DNA of 64,000 nucleotides from an uncultured archaeon (GTDB lineage Archaea > Asgardarchaeota > Lokiarchaeia > Sigyniarchaeales > SOKP01): positions 139,611 through 203,610 of the forward strand of contig CAZALK010000008.1 of the NCBI GenBank assembly GCA_964486045.1, written 5' to 3'. A model generated the notes under the pieces. That model had not been told where the DNA came from, ran no database searches, and was given only the letters and a program-made list of their open reading frames with translations. Of this stretch, positions 29,716 to 39,871 are shown one piece after another. Every line of letters starts with the position of its first letter. Positions within the stretch are counted from its first letter, which is position 1. The position numbers and the translations under genes were made by a program.

Positions 29716-30603
29716 TTATTCTGCCAATTTTTCCTTAATCTTGGCAACTAATTTTCCAGATTCTTCTGAATCTGTGATAAATTCGATTTGATCTGGTGAG
29801 GAAACCCCGATTTGCAGTTCTACTGCTCGTTTAATTTGTTCTTGGTCAAAGATAGAGCCGTTAGATACTTCAGGAGTTGTCCCAAGAATTCGAAGTATAG
29901 CAACTCCAACAGCATCAATGGCTACCTTATCTGTACCTGCAACAAAGACATTTGCTTCTTTTCGAGTTCCTTCCATTGGGCCACGATCTACAAAGCTAAT
30001 AATACCATCCATAATAATTAAATCTGGTTTATAGACCGCATTAATTTCAGCGATCATTTTCCTTTGATCTTTTGATGAATGGAGCTCAGGCATGTATTTC
30101 TTATTTACTAATCCAACGGCATTCTTTAATGATAAGGTAAAGTGACCCCCAAACATATGGGTTTTTAAACAACAAGTTTCCACAATGCATTCTGCTTCAT
30201 CATAAATTTTGGGAAATAGAAACCCATCTTTCCAGTGGGAATTTTCTGGTTTTTTGAGAATAAAATCTTCATCAGGTACTCCTGTGAGATCTACTGTCGT
30301 AAAATCTAATTCTTCTGCTAGTTTGTACAATCCTTTTTTCTTAAATGTTTCAGATGTGTTAGCTGGACCAGCACGTTCTGCAACTACTATAGATTTCGCA
30401 CCCATTTCTTTTACCTTGATAATAAGCTTTTTTATAGTCTCCATTGAACTAGAAGCCGGAGGAGGATCTGCAGTGTTAAAGTTTGGTTTGAAAATTACAT
30501 TTTTATTTTTTACAGGATTGATACCTAATAGCTCTATGGCTTTATCAACGCCATAAACACGACTATTAGTCGATACGACTGCTATTTTAGAAATTTTATC
30601 CAT
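29716..30603 (-). CDS. DUF362 family protein
   Basis: VIFKPN, LKTH...FTLSLKNAVG, IMDGI, GP and DKVAIDA motifs. Confidence 0.88.
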   Translation of the reverse strand: MDKISKIAVVSTNSRVYGVDKAIELLGINPVKNKNVIFKPNFNTADPPPASSSMETIKKLIIKVKEMGAKSIVVAERAGPANTSETFKKKGLYKLAEELDFTTVDLTGVPDEDFILKKPENSHWKDGFLFPKIYDEAECIVETCCLKTHMFGGHFTLSLKNAVGLVNKKYMPELHSSKDQRKMIAEINAVYKPDLIIMDGIISFVDRGPMEGTRKEANVFVAGTDKVAIDAVGVAILRILGTTPEVSNGSIFDQEQIKRAVELQIGVSSPDQIEFITDSEESGKLVAKIKEKLAE

Positions 30604-30727
30604 ATTAGGTAGTAAATTGTTATTTATTGAATTAAAATTTATCTGGTAACCAAATTAAGTAGCTAAAAAGTCTTTAGGACATGTTTGACAAGGATTAAAT
30701 ATATAAGGAAAAAATAAGAAAAGAAAA

Positions 30728-30958
30728 CTAAGCAAATAATTTTTCATGAATTTCATTTTCTATTTCTGGCTCTATCGAGCTTAGAGGTGTATTTCTATTT
30801 ATAGATTCTTCAATCAAATATTCCGTTTTAATTAGATCACGAATTGCTACGCGTATAGCTTCTGATCGATTAGGGAATTTACTTTCTGATACAAAAATCT
30901 CTAAAATTTTTAGATAAGATTCAGGCAGATTTACTGAGATTAATTTTATAACAATCAC
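30728..30958 (-). CDS. Ribbon-helix-helix (CopG/Arc/MetJ) transcriptional regulator
   Basis: LISVNLPESYL...FPNRSEAIRVAIRDLI. Confidence 0.9.
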   Translation of the reverse strand: MIVIKLISVNLPESYLKILEIFVSESKFPNRSEAIRVAIRDLIKTEYLIEESINRNTPLSSIEPEIENEIHEKLFA

Positions 30959-31156
30959 CTTGGCAATATTTGTTTAATTTTATAAATATATATCACTCTC
31001 ATATGTATTTAAAGATTTAGTGGAAATAAACCCCAAGAAATCCGACTAAATATTGAAATGTTTTTTTTGTTTTCCTCTTTGGAGTAATTTGTAGATTTTT
31101 GCATTGGTTATTTCCCAGAACTTTAAATCATATACAAGATTTTTTTTTTACAAAAA

Positions 31157-31196
31157 TTTTTATATATGTATTACATGTTACACGTAACACATGTAA
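31157..31196 (+). promoter_or_regulatory. TATA box followed by an imperfect palindrome (candidate operator)
   Basis: TTTTTATATA, then TTACATGTTAC-AC-GTAACACATGTAA (31171-31196), lying between the divergent RHH gene and the 31231 ORF. Confidence 0.5.
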
Positions 31197-31230
31197 GAAA
31201 TGAATTAAAAAAAAATCTAAACGATAAATC

Positions 31231-31554
31231 ATGGCAACTATTGAAACCCAGCTAAAAGAGCACTTAAAAAGTGGAGCAGATTGGGAAAAAATGGAGACTC
31301 CTATAGAAGGAGTAAATGTGGTAAAAGTCCCCGCTACTAAGACAAGACCCCCACTTTTATTTCTAGAAATTAACCCTTTGAAGGAGGATGGTAAGCCATT
31401 AAAAAGAAAAGGGTTATTTGTTGGCAGTAAAGAAATGCTAATAAAATTTAGTGAAGCTTTAAATGATGATAAGACATTTCAATTAATTGGAGAGTTAGAA
31501 AAAATCAATCCAAAAGTGTCTAGGAATGGAATAGCCAAAAAATTAGAAATGTAG
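31231..31554 (+). CDS. Hypothetical protein
   Basis: Clean 107-aa ORF with upstream TATA box and downstream T-tract. Confidence 0.8.
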   Translation: MATIETQLKEHLKSGADWEKMETPIEGVNVVKVPATKTRPPLLFLEINPLKEDGKPLKRKGLFVGSKEMLIKFSEALNDDKTFQLIGELEKINPKVSRNGIAKKLEM

Positions 31555-31677
31555 ATTAAAAATTTTTTTATTTACTTATTTTTTTTGTATATGGATCTAA
31601 TTAAGTCAGAAGATCACAAATCAACCTCTCCCTCCCTGATTATACTTGTACTAATGGCACTAATTAATTAATATATC

Positions 31678-32637
31678 ATGTTAGAGACATTTACTGATTT
31701 TATGATTTTTGAAGTTAAAGACAACGGAGAATATCCTAGATTAAACATTTCAGAAAAGACTTTCCGTCAGAATAATGGAAATAATGTATTAAAGCCATTA
31801 CAATCGGTAATAATTGTTAAAGAAGAACTTAGAAGAATATATTTATGGAAAGGAATGTCATCTACGGTGAGAAAGAAATTCATAGCATCTCGGGTTGCAT
31901 CAGAAATACAAAGAGAATTAACAAATTCATCAAATTTTCATCGGTGCAAGATTGTTTCAGTTGATCAAGGAGACGAACCTAAAGAGTTCCTGAAAAGTTT
32001 TGATTTCCAAAAGAACCCTATTATTATTGATAATGATGTACCCATCGTTTATAATATTGGAAATATTGATACATCAAATAATGGAGCTCAATTACGGGGA
32101 GAACGTTTTATAATTAAGGATAGGCAGTTAGAATATAAAGAAACTAAAGATTTTACTTACTCCACCGAAAAATCTCCTTCGTATGAATATTTAAAAAAAA
32201 TTCAAAAAACAGAAGAGATTTTAGAGAAAGTTTTAAAATCTAGTACCCCTGAGCATTTCACACGCAAAAACATTCTAATTGGAAATAGCATCCTCTATGG
32301 TGAAATTATAAAAAAAGCAGAAGTTTTTAGTAATCAAATCGAAGAAAAAGGGTGGGAAGAAATTTCAAGCTTTCCAACAGATATCTTTGAAATCGAGGGA
32401 GCTAAACTCCGAATCCGCATTAATAAAGAATTAAGAGAAATTGAAGCGATAGAAATATTAGAAAAAACACAAATATACGAAAATCTAATAGAAAAACATA
32501 AGAATACTGATTATAAAAAATGGACTGTAAAGCAATTGAAGCAATACTGTCACAAAAATGCTATAAAGATTCCATCTTCTTATCGAAAAGCAGATATAGT
32601 TCGTTTGGTTTTAAACTTTAATTCATTACAAAAATGA
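31678..32637 (+). CDS. Single gelsolin-domain protein with C-terminal HeH (Rho_N/SAP/LEM-like) module
   Basis: IYLWKGMSSTVRKKFIASRVASEI...VDQGDEPKEFL gelsolin signature and C-terminal WTVKQLKQYCHKNAIKIPSSYRKADIVRLV. Confidence 0.8.
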   Translation: MLETFTDFMIFEVKDNGEYPRLNISEKTFRQNNGNNVLKPLQSVIIVKEELRRIYLWKGMSSTVRKKFIASRVASEIQRELTNSSNFHRCKIVSVDQGDEPKEFLKSFDFQKNPIIIDNDVPIVYNIGNIDTSNNGAQLRGERFIIKDRQLEYKETKDFTYSTEKSPSYEYLKKIQKTEEILEKVLKSSTPEHFTRKNILIGNSILYGEIIKKAEVFSNQIEEKGWEEISSFPTDIFEIEGAKLRIRINKELREIEAIEILEKTQIYENLIEKHKNTDYKKWTVKQLKQYCHKNAIKIPSSYRKADIVRLVLNFNSLQK

Positions 32638-32781
32638 AAACATTTATTGTAAAAACACTTCAGTACTTTGAAGGAGAAAATAAAACTGTCATTGGTTTGA
32701 TTTTCGAAATCGTTTAATTTTTAATTAAGTATTTTATTTATTAATATAACATAGAAATTGTAAAAAATAAGTGTAAAAAAT

Positions 32782-33066
32782 ATGGTTCAAGAAGATGGTC
32801 ATCACTGTATTGCCTGTGGAAAAGATCAATTTTCTCTTGCACATGATGAATGGATGAGGAGAGCTTTTCTTTTCGTCGAACAAGGACAATTAAAGATGTG
32901 TGCGGGATGTGGGGCAAAGTATTTAGTCTGCAAGCAATGTGGGGGTTTGTTTACTCGAGTACATCCTGCATTAGAGAGTTGGGAAGTCAATCAGAAATGT
33001 CCGGCTTGTGGAGCTGAAGATCCTGCTGTAAAAGCTTGGGATGGAACTTCAGCAAGGCACACATAA
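32782..33066 (+). CDS. Small double zinc-finger protein
   Basis: Four CxxC pairs (CIAC, CAGC, CKQC, CPAC). Confidence 0.8.
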   Translation: MVQEDGHHCIACGKDQFSLAHDEWMRRAFLFVEQGQLKMCAGCGAKYLVCKQCGGLFTRVHPALESWEVNQKCPACGAEDPAVKAWDGTSARHT

Positions 33067-33315
33067 ACCAGTATTTAAGAGGATCTTATAGTTTCTAATC
33101 CTTAAATGGGATAAAGATATAACTTTTATTGAATCTTAATTCTGAGATAATCAAAAAATTAAATATTTTTAAGAGAGTGTAAATTTAGAAATTATTTCAA
33201 TTTAAAGAAAATTACAGAATATCGGTTTTTTATTAAATAAAAGTCAAGTAAATTTAAATTTTAATGTATCAATACTTATTTTATTAGAATTAAGTCATAT
33301 GAAAATTTTTCAGAA

Positions 33316-33780
33316 ATGTCGAACGTTAGAGTTGAGATCGCTTCTCCAGAGAATATCGAGGAATTAAAGAGTTTAACCAAATTTTTGGTAGAAGAATTAG
33401 GTCAAGTGTTTGATCCACAGCGATTTGATTGGGGAATTCGCCGTAGAATATTTGATCCCCTTCAAAGACACGGTATACTCCTTGCTATTGATGAAGATGA
33501 TAACTCCGTAGTAGGAATGATTGTTGCAGAACTTCGAATTGATCCTTTTGGATCATCTGAAGGATACATCAAACAATTCTTTTTAAAAGAAGAATATCGA
33601 CGAAAGGGTACGGGGAGCGTTTTATTAAAGAAAGCAATGGAGCATCTTAAAAGAATCAAAGTCGAAAAGGTTAAGGTAAATATAAAGGATAAAGCTTTAG
33701 AAGCCGCAAATCTTTATGAAAAAATGAATTTTAAGAAAGTTTATGAGGTTTTACAATTAGATTTAGCACATAAGGATTAA
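33316..33780 (+). CDS. GNAT family N-acetyltransferase
   Basis: EEYRRKGTGSVLL and ANLYEKMNF. Confidence 0.9.
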   Translation: MSNVRVEIASPENIEELKSLTKFLVEELGQVFDPQRFDWGIRRRIFDPLQRHGILLAIDEDDNSVVGMIVAELRIDPFGSSEGYIKQFFLKEEYRRKGTGSVLLKKAMEHLKRIKVEKVKVNIKDKALEAANLYEKMNFKKVYEVLQLDLAHKD

Positions 33781-33804
33781 AGGCATAAAACATACGTTAC
33801 AAAA

Positions 33805-34773
33805 ATGAGCTTAGAAATCCCTTGGGTTGAAAAATATCGACCTACAGATTTTATCGATATCGTGAGTCAAAATGTTGCCGTTAGCTGTTTAAAAGAATTT
33901 ATAACAGCCCCTAATATGCCTCATATGGTCTTTACGGGGCCAGCAGGAACGGGAAAAACTAGCACTGCTTTAATAATCGTAAAAAAATTCCTCAAAGGGG
34001 AAGATCTAAGCACGAAACTCTTGGAAGTGAATGCCTCTGATACAGTGAGGATTGATTTCGTTCGAAATGTTTTAAAGAACTTCATTAATCAAAACCTCAT
34101 AAAAGACGGTTCCTTAAAGTTCGTAATTTTAGATGAGGCAGATAACATTCCTAGTCAAGTTCAACAAGCCCTTAGAAGAATAATTGAGAAAGCATCATCA
34201 AATATAAAATTCATTTTATTATGCAATTACATAAACCGAATTATAGATCCAATTATATCACGATGCGCCGTTTTTAGATTCGTACACCTCCCCAAAGAAA
34301 AGATTATTGAAAGATTGAAATATATTGCGAAAAAAGAGAATTTACAAATTCCTACAGAAAAATCCGAACAATTTTTTGAAATACTATTTTTCATATCTGG
34401 AGGAGATTTAAGAAAAGCAATTAATACTCTTCAAATGTCGGTATCACTAGAACTTATAGATAATTTAGAATTGAACGAAATTTTAAGAATTTCCGGTTTT
34501 TTGGATAAGAATACTTTGGGAGATTTAATAGGTGCTCTTAAAAATAAAGATTTTGTGAAATCAAGAGAAATTATTGAAAGTACGGAAACTCTTGACAGCA
34601 GAAACTTTATTAGGCAATTAATAGAAGCCCTATCAAGTATCATTATTACCCCAAATAATATTCCCGCTTTAATATCCTTTATTGGAGAAATCGACTTTCG
34701 AATAACTCAAGGGGCTAATGAGAAAGTCCAAGTTTCTGCACTTTTAGCTGAGATTATAGGAAACATTAAATAG
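33805..34773 (+). CDS. rfcS: Replication factor C small subunit
   Basis: PWVEKYRP, GPAGTGKT, EVNASD, ILDEAD, SRC and GDLRKAIN. Confidence 0.95.
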   Translation: MSLEIPWVEKYRPTDFIDIVSQNVAVSCLKEFITAPNMPHMVFTGPAGTGKTSTALIIVKKFLKGEDLSTKLLEVNASDTVRIDFVRNVLKNFINQNLIKDGSLKFVILDEADNIPSQVQQALRRIIEKASSNIKFILLCNYINRIIDPIISRCAVFRFVHLPKEKIIERLKYIAKKENLQIPTEKSEQFFEILFFISGGDLRKAINTLQMSVSLELIDNLELNEILRISGFLDKNTLGDLIGALKNKDFVKSREIIESTETLDSRNFIRQLIEALSSIIITPNNIPALISFIGEIDFRITQGANEKVQVSALLAEIIGNIK

Positions 34774-34816
34774 TAACTTTATATTTTAATCAAAATTAGA
34801 AAAAACTTATAGAAAT

Positions 34817-35863
34817 TTGACTGAAGAAATCCCAATTTGGAGAATAAAGTATTATCCAAAGAGTCTAGACCAATTTTGTGGTAGAGTGGAGATAAAAGAA
34901 GCGTTAAAAAATATTATTATACAAAGAAATTTTCCCCATATGTTATTTGTTGGATCTGAGGGCATAGGAAAGAAAACTCTCGCTTCTTTATTTTCTAAAG
35001 AATTTCTCGGAAAAAATTTTGATGCAAATTGCAAATTAGTGTATGCAAATGTCCCTTTAAGTGAAGAAGAGAGGAAACAAGCAAGATCTGAAGCATATGT
35101 CTCAACGAGTAAACTAGGGAGCATAGCAGGTAGAAGAATAACAACTCCGGCTTTTATACAAGTTAAAGTTAAACCATTTGTACAACTGAAAGTCCTAGGA
35201 GATGCGCCCTTTAAAATTTTGGTTGTAAAGAATTTCGAAGCTTTAGGATCAACCCAACAGGGTTTTAGAAGGTTAATGGAAAAATATGGCTCAAACTGTA
35301 GAATGATATTAATTACTACTAAGATTTCAAGTATTATCGATCCTATAGCAAGTAGATGTCAAATTTTTCTAATTCCTCGAGTCAGATATGGAGATTTTAA
35401 AAATTTGGTTATCGATATTGCTGATAAAGAGTCATTACAAGTTACAGATGAAGTCATTGAAGTTTTATACAAAATTTCCGAAGGTAAGATAGCTCACGCG
35501 ATAGATATTCTACAATTAGGAAGTGTTACGGGAAATGTAATTGATAAAAATGTTTTATATGAAAATGTTCTAAAATTTCAGAGTGATCTACTAAGAAATC
35601 TTCTATTTTCATCTTTAAACGGCAATTTTCCAAAATCAAGGGAATTAGTCCGCAAAATAATTTCAACCTATAAATATAGTTCTCACGAAATATTTAAGAA
35701 CTTACTTGAAGAGTTAAATAAATTACCTTTGAGTAAATATGTGAGATGTAAAATAATCGATCTAATAGCTGAAGCAGATTTTAGAGCGCTAGATGGAAGA
35801 GATGGTGATATTCAAATATCGGCTTTATTATCAAAACTCTGTTTATTTAGTGAGTATCTATAG
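34817..35863 (+). CDS. Second, degenerate RFC small subunit (Rfc5/RFC-E-like features)
   Basis: WRIKYYP, Walker A GSEGIGKKT, degenerate Walker B (VVKNFE), intact arginine finger ASRC. Confidence 0.88.
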   Translation: MTEEIPIWRIKYYPKSLDQFCGRVEIKEALKNIIIQRNFPHMLFVGSEGIGKKTLASLFSKEFLGKNFDANCKLVYANVPLSEEERKQARSEAYVSTSKLGSIAGRRITTPAFIQVKVKPFVQLKVLGDAPFKILVVKNFEALGSTQQGFRRLMEKYGSNCRMILITTKISSIIDPIASRCQIFLIPRVRYGDFKNLVIDIADKESLQVTDEVIEVLYKISEGKIAHAIDILQLGSVTGNVIDKNVLYENVLKFQSDLLRNLLFSSLNGNFPKSRELVRKIISTYKYSSHEIFKNLLEELNKLPLSKYVRCKIIDLIAEADFRALDGRDGDIQISALLSKLCLFSEYL

Positions 35864-37225
35864 GTGAAAAAAATGTCTAAAACAATTGAGATGCCATGGG
35901 TTGAAAAATATAGACCTAAAAGCCTTAAAGATATGGCTTTACCTACAGCCAAGGTAAATGGGCAAAGAGTTAAACTTATTGAAGAATTAACAAAATTTGT
36001 AAAAATTTTCTTCCAAGAACGAAATAGAATAAATCAAGAAAATAATAAAATCAAAGCATTTAATAGAACGGTTATAGAAAAGGATCAAAAAGTAAAATTG
36101 GAAATTAATTTTGAAAAAGCAGCCATATTATTAGAAGGACCTCCTGGTATTGGTAAAACCTCCATCGTATATGCACTTGCTAACGATTTTAATATGGAGG
36201 TTATAGAGACTAACGCTTCTGATACACGAACGAGAGCCGCGTTGGAAAGAAGATTGAAAGAAACTACCAAATCTCGGGGTATAATGGATTTCATAACTCA
36301 ATCGAAAGAGAAGCTTATACTCATTGATGAAATAGATGGCATCTATGGAGTAAAAGATCGAGGTGCTGTCCCAACTATTATAGATTTAATCCAAAAAACT
36401 CAATTTCCCATTATAATGTGTTCTAACGAGTATAAAACTAATCTCCAGTCCCTCTATAATAAAATTCGCAGATTCGAAGTACATCCTTTATCTAAAGGGG
36501 AATCATTAAGGATTGTTCAAAACATTCTCAAAAAAGAAAATATTACTCAACTTAAAGAAGGGGATTTAGAATTAATAATAGAGAAGAATAATGGGGATCT
36601 CCGAGGTGTAATTAACGATATTCAAGGTATTAGCCAAGGTGAAATAGAGGGTAATATCAAGGAATTGATTCTTAGTTTACGACGAGATTCTTTAGAAGAG
36701 ATTTTTTCCTTAATTAGTAACCTATTTAAAGTGTCCTCTTTAAGAGAAGCTCGAAACTTAACAGATAAATCTGACGTTGATTATAATTTTCTATATAAAT
36801 GGGTCAATGAAAATCTCCCCACATTCATAAAAACTAATAGAGAACTTGCTGATGCTTATGAAAATCTCTCGTTAGCAGACGAGATCTTTGGAAGAATACG
36901 TATTAATCAGTATTGGGGTTTATTGCCTTATTTCTTTGATCTTTTTGCGGGAGGTGTTGCATTGTCTAGGAAGGAAACTCCTGAGGCTAAAGGCTTTCGA
37001 AGAGTTGTTTTCCCTAGATATTCTTCAGGAGGATTCTTCTCTTTAACTAACCCTCAGAAAGAATTGGTTGAAAAATTAAATAAGAAATATGAGATTTCTC
37101 AGATAGATTTCATTCAAAATTTACTCCCGTTTTTAAAAATTTTGTGTGGATCTTCACGAAAACAACTCAAAAATATTAGTGATTGGTTGGATTTGGACGC
37201 GAAGGAGAAAAAATTATTAAAATAA
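35864..37225 (+). CDS. rfcL: Replication factor C large subunit
   Basis: PWVEKYRP, GPPGIGKT, ETNASD, LIDEIDG, GDLRGVIND, WVNEN and LSLAD. Confidence 0.93.
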   Translation: MKKMSKTIEMPWVEKYRPKSLKDMALPTAKVNGQRVKLIEELTKFVKIFFQERNRINQENNKIKAFNRTVIEKDQKVKLEINFEKAAILLEGPPGIGKTSIVYALANDFNMEVIETNASDTRTRAALERRLKETTKSRGIMDFITQSKEKLILIDEIDGIYGVKDRGAVPTIIDLIQKTQFPIIMCSNEYKTNLQSLYNKIRRFEVHPLSKGESLRIVQNILKKENITQLKEGDLELIIEKNNGDLRGVINDIQGISQGEIEGNIKELILSLRRDSLEEIFSLISNLFKVSSLREARNLTDKSDVDYNFLYKWVNENLPTFIKTNRELADAYENLSLADEIFGRIRINQYWGLLPYFFDLFAGGVALSRKETPEAKGFRRVVFPRYSSGGFFSLTNPQKELVEKLNKKYEISQIDFIQNLLPFLKILCGSSRKQLKNISDWLDLDAKEKKLLK

Positions 37226-37286
37226 ATAAAATTTTTCTAAAATTAATCAAAATAAATCATTATCTAATTAGAGGATTGTAGAAAAG

Positions 37287-37781
37287 ATGGAGGTGATTAG
37301 AATTGAGAATGCTACTCCCGATGATCAAAAACAACTAGAAGAGACATTTCAACATTTTAAGGATAAATCTGCCATGAGAAAAAGGGCTGAATGTTATCTT
37401 TTCCATAATAACACCGTTCTTGCTAAAGATGGAAATTGTATGATAGGGAAAGTGTTATGGTATGTTAAAGGAAATCCCAATGATGGACTTGTTGAACTTG
37501 AGGAGTTATACGTACTTGAAGAATATAGAAGAAAAGGAGTAGGATCGGAGTTGATAAAATTCTCTATTAATTCTGTCCAAAAACATTTTAAAAGCATCGG
37601 AATAGAACCCAGACGGATTTATCTTTTTACAAATGAAGATAATCAAAGTGCTAGAAAGCTTTACGAAAACTTTGGATTTAAGTATATAGCAAATTTGGGT
37701 CATTTACATGCTGATGATGAAAGTGATCTATTTTATATTTTAGATCTCACAAAAAAGCATAATCTCTCCAAAAATGAGTAG
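37287..37781 (+). CDS. GNAT family N-acetyltransferase
   Basis: LYVLEEYRRKGVGSEL and NQSARKLYENFGF. Confidence 0.92.
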   Translation: MEVIRIENATPDDQKQLEETFQHFKDKSAMRKRAECYLFHNNTVLAKDGNCMIGKVLWYVKGNPNDGLVELEELYVLEEYRRKGVGSELIKFSINSVQKHFKSIGIEPRRIYLFTNEDNQSARKLYENFGFKYIANLGHLHADDESDLFYILDLTKKHNLSKNE

Positions 37782-37998
37782 ATTAAATATTAAAAAATAT
37801 GGCCATTTTGAAATTTTATATGAAATTACCATATTTTTAAACAGGTTTTTCTGATTTAATTAGAGATTCCTTAAAAATATTCCTAATAATTGTTCGAAAA
37901 CTTACAAATATCAATGTTAACTAGATTTACACCTACCCATAAATTTAAATAAGATCTTTTGACTTTAACAAATAAACTATTATTTAGGTTAACAAAAA

Positions 37999-38613
37999 AT
38001 GTCTGAAATTAAACAAGGAGAATTGGAATTTACCCTAACTAAAAAATCACAATTAACTATCCAAATAGTAGGAGGAGCAATCTTTGGTGCCCTATCTTTA
38101 GTTTTTTCTCTTTATGTGGTACCATATTTACCTAGAACTCCGGAAGGCTTCGCTTATTTCGATCCTGTTTCAATTATATGGGTAACAAGTTTTTTAATTT
38201 TTGGCCCCTTAGCAGGAATTTTAAGTTGTGTAATTGGAATGGTAGTACTTTTTCCTTTTGATCCTTTCACCCCAATTGGTCCTCTTATGAAGTTTTCAGC
38301 AACTTTTTCATTGATAATTATCCCCATACTGTTACTATATCTGTTTAAACGGCAAGCAGGAGAGCGAATGAGTCAAAAATTGAAAAAGCCAAAAATTTAT
38401 ATAATTTATGGAGCATTAGGCGTATTAGTTAGAATAATCGTGATGATAATTCTAAATATTATAGTGTATTTGGCGTTTTATGGTCCAGCTGGATTGGAAT
38501 ATTGGATAATATTAGTAATTCTACTTAACGCTCTAACCAGTTTATGGGATTTATTAGTTCCTTATTTACTTGTATACACAACTAAACTTGATGAAAAATT
38601 CGAAATTTGGTAA
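37999..38613 (+). CDS. ECF transporter S-component-like membrane protein
   Basis: Five to six TM helices with FDPVSI...FGPLAG...GPLMKFSAT pattern. Confidence 0.75.
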   Translation: MSEIKQGELEFTLTKKSQLTIQIVGGAIFGALSLVFSLYVVPYLPRTPEGFAYFDPVSIIWVTSFLIFGPLAGILSCVIGMVVLFPFDPFTPIGPLMKFSATFSLIIIPILLLYLFKRQAGERMSQKLKKPKIYIIYGALGVLVRIIVMIILNIIVYLAFYGPAGLEYWIILVILLNALTSLWDLLVPYLLVYTTKLDEKFEIW

Positions 38614-38926
38614 CTAAAATACTTTTTTTTATCTCTTATTTAAATTTTTAATGAAAGAAAGAAATTAGATTTAATTTAATCAATGCTCTAGCAATTTCTC
38701 TTTAATAAAATTTTTCTACTTTAAACTCATTTCAAATAAGAATTAGAGGATAATGTTTTTCATACTTCGTTATTGATGACTTTTTTTCTTTATTCATAAT
38801 AAAAACAACCTATACTATTCTATCGGAAATAGTTGGTCAACCTTTTTTAAACAAGTTTCCAAATAAATATTAATCAAAGTTTCACAATTTACAGTAATTT
38901 AAAAATTAAAAAATTAGGAGAGATTA

Positions 38927-39727
38927 ATGATTTCAGAAAAAAATTATAAAGATATTATTTTCAGGACAGAAGCAGGCGTCTGTACAATAACTCTCAATCG
39001 CCCAAACAAACTAAATGCTATACGATATCTTACAATAATGGAAATTCTAGATGTTATCGAATCAATAATGAAAGATAATTCTATACGGGTAATAGTTTTT
39101 AATGGAGCTGGTAGAAGTTTTTGTTCTGGTGATGATTTAGTAAGTATGGGCACTAGAGGTGATGAATTTCCACCAATTGATCCCAAATTTAAACTACCGC
39201 ACCATAAGCTAATATTCCTAATAAGAGAGATTCAAATACCTGTCATAGCATTATTACATGGACATTGTTTAGGAGCGGGATTTGAGCTAGCACTTGCTTG
39301 TGATTTTAGATTAACTGCCGATGATCTTGAAATTGGAGACCATCGAACTACAAGAGCGATCTGTATGTTGCATGGAGCAAGTTGGTTTCTTCCTAGATTA
39401 ATAGGGTTTGCGAGGGCAACAGAAATAGTTCTTACTGGAAAACATTTAGATGCAGAAGAAGCATTGGAAATTGGTTTAGTAAATAAAGTCTATCCTGCTT
39501 CCCAGTTCAATGAAGATTCTAAAGAATTCATACGAAAAATAGCTAAAATGCCCACAAAATGTCTCGGTTACAATAAAGCTATGTTCAATTATTCATTTAT
39601 TAACGATCTTCCCAGTTCTTTGCAAAACGAATTCAATTTGTTTACTGAAAACACGAAAACAAGTGATTCTAGAGAAGGCAATAAATCATTTATTGAAAAA
39701 AGGGCACCACAATTTAAAGGGAAATGA
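38927..39727 (+). CDS. Enoyl-CoA hydratase/isomerase (crotonase) family
   Basis: ITLNRPNKLNA, FCSGDDL, GAGFELALACD and F..KRAPQFKG. Confidence 0.93.
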   Translation: MISEKNYKDIIFRTEAGVCTITLNRPNKLNAIRYLTIMEILDVIESIMKDNSIRVIVFNGAGRSFCSGDDLVSMGTRGDEFPPIDPKFKLPHHKLIFLIREIQIPVIALLHGHCLGAGFELALACDFRLTADDLEIGDHRTTRAICMLHGASWFLPRLIGFARATEIVLTGKHLDAEEALEIGLVNKVYPASQFNEDSKEFIRKIAKMPTKCLGYNKAMFNYSFINDLPSSLQNEFNLFTENTKTSDSREGNKSFIEKRAPQFKGK

Positions 39728-39871
39728 GTTCTTTATGGTGTTACATATCGATTTAAAAGTCCATAATTAAAGAATACTTTAAGGACTGCTCTAGTTAACG
39801 TATAAATTTTTAAAGGAAAACTATCCCAAAAATATCATTCAATTTAAAATTTAAGATAAATTTTCAATTAT

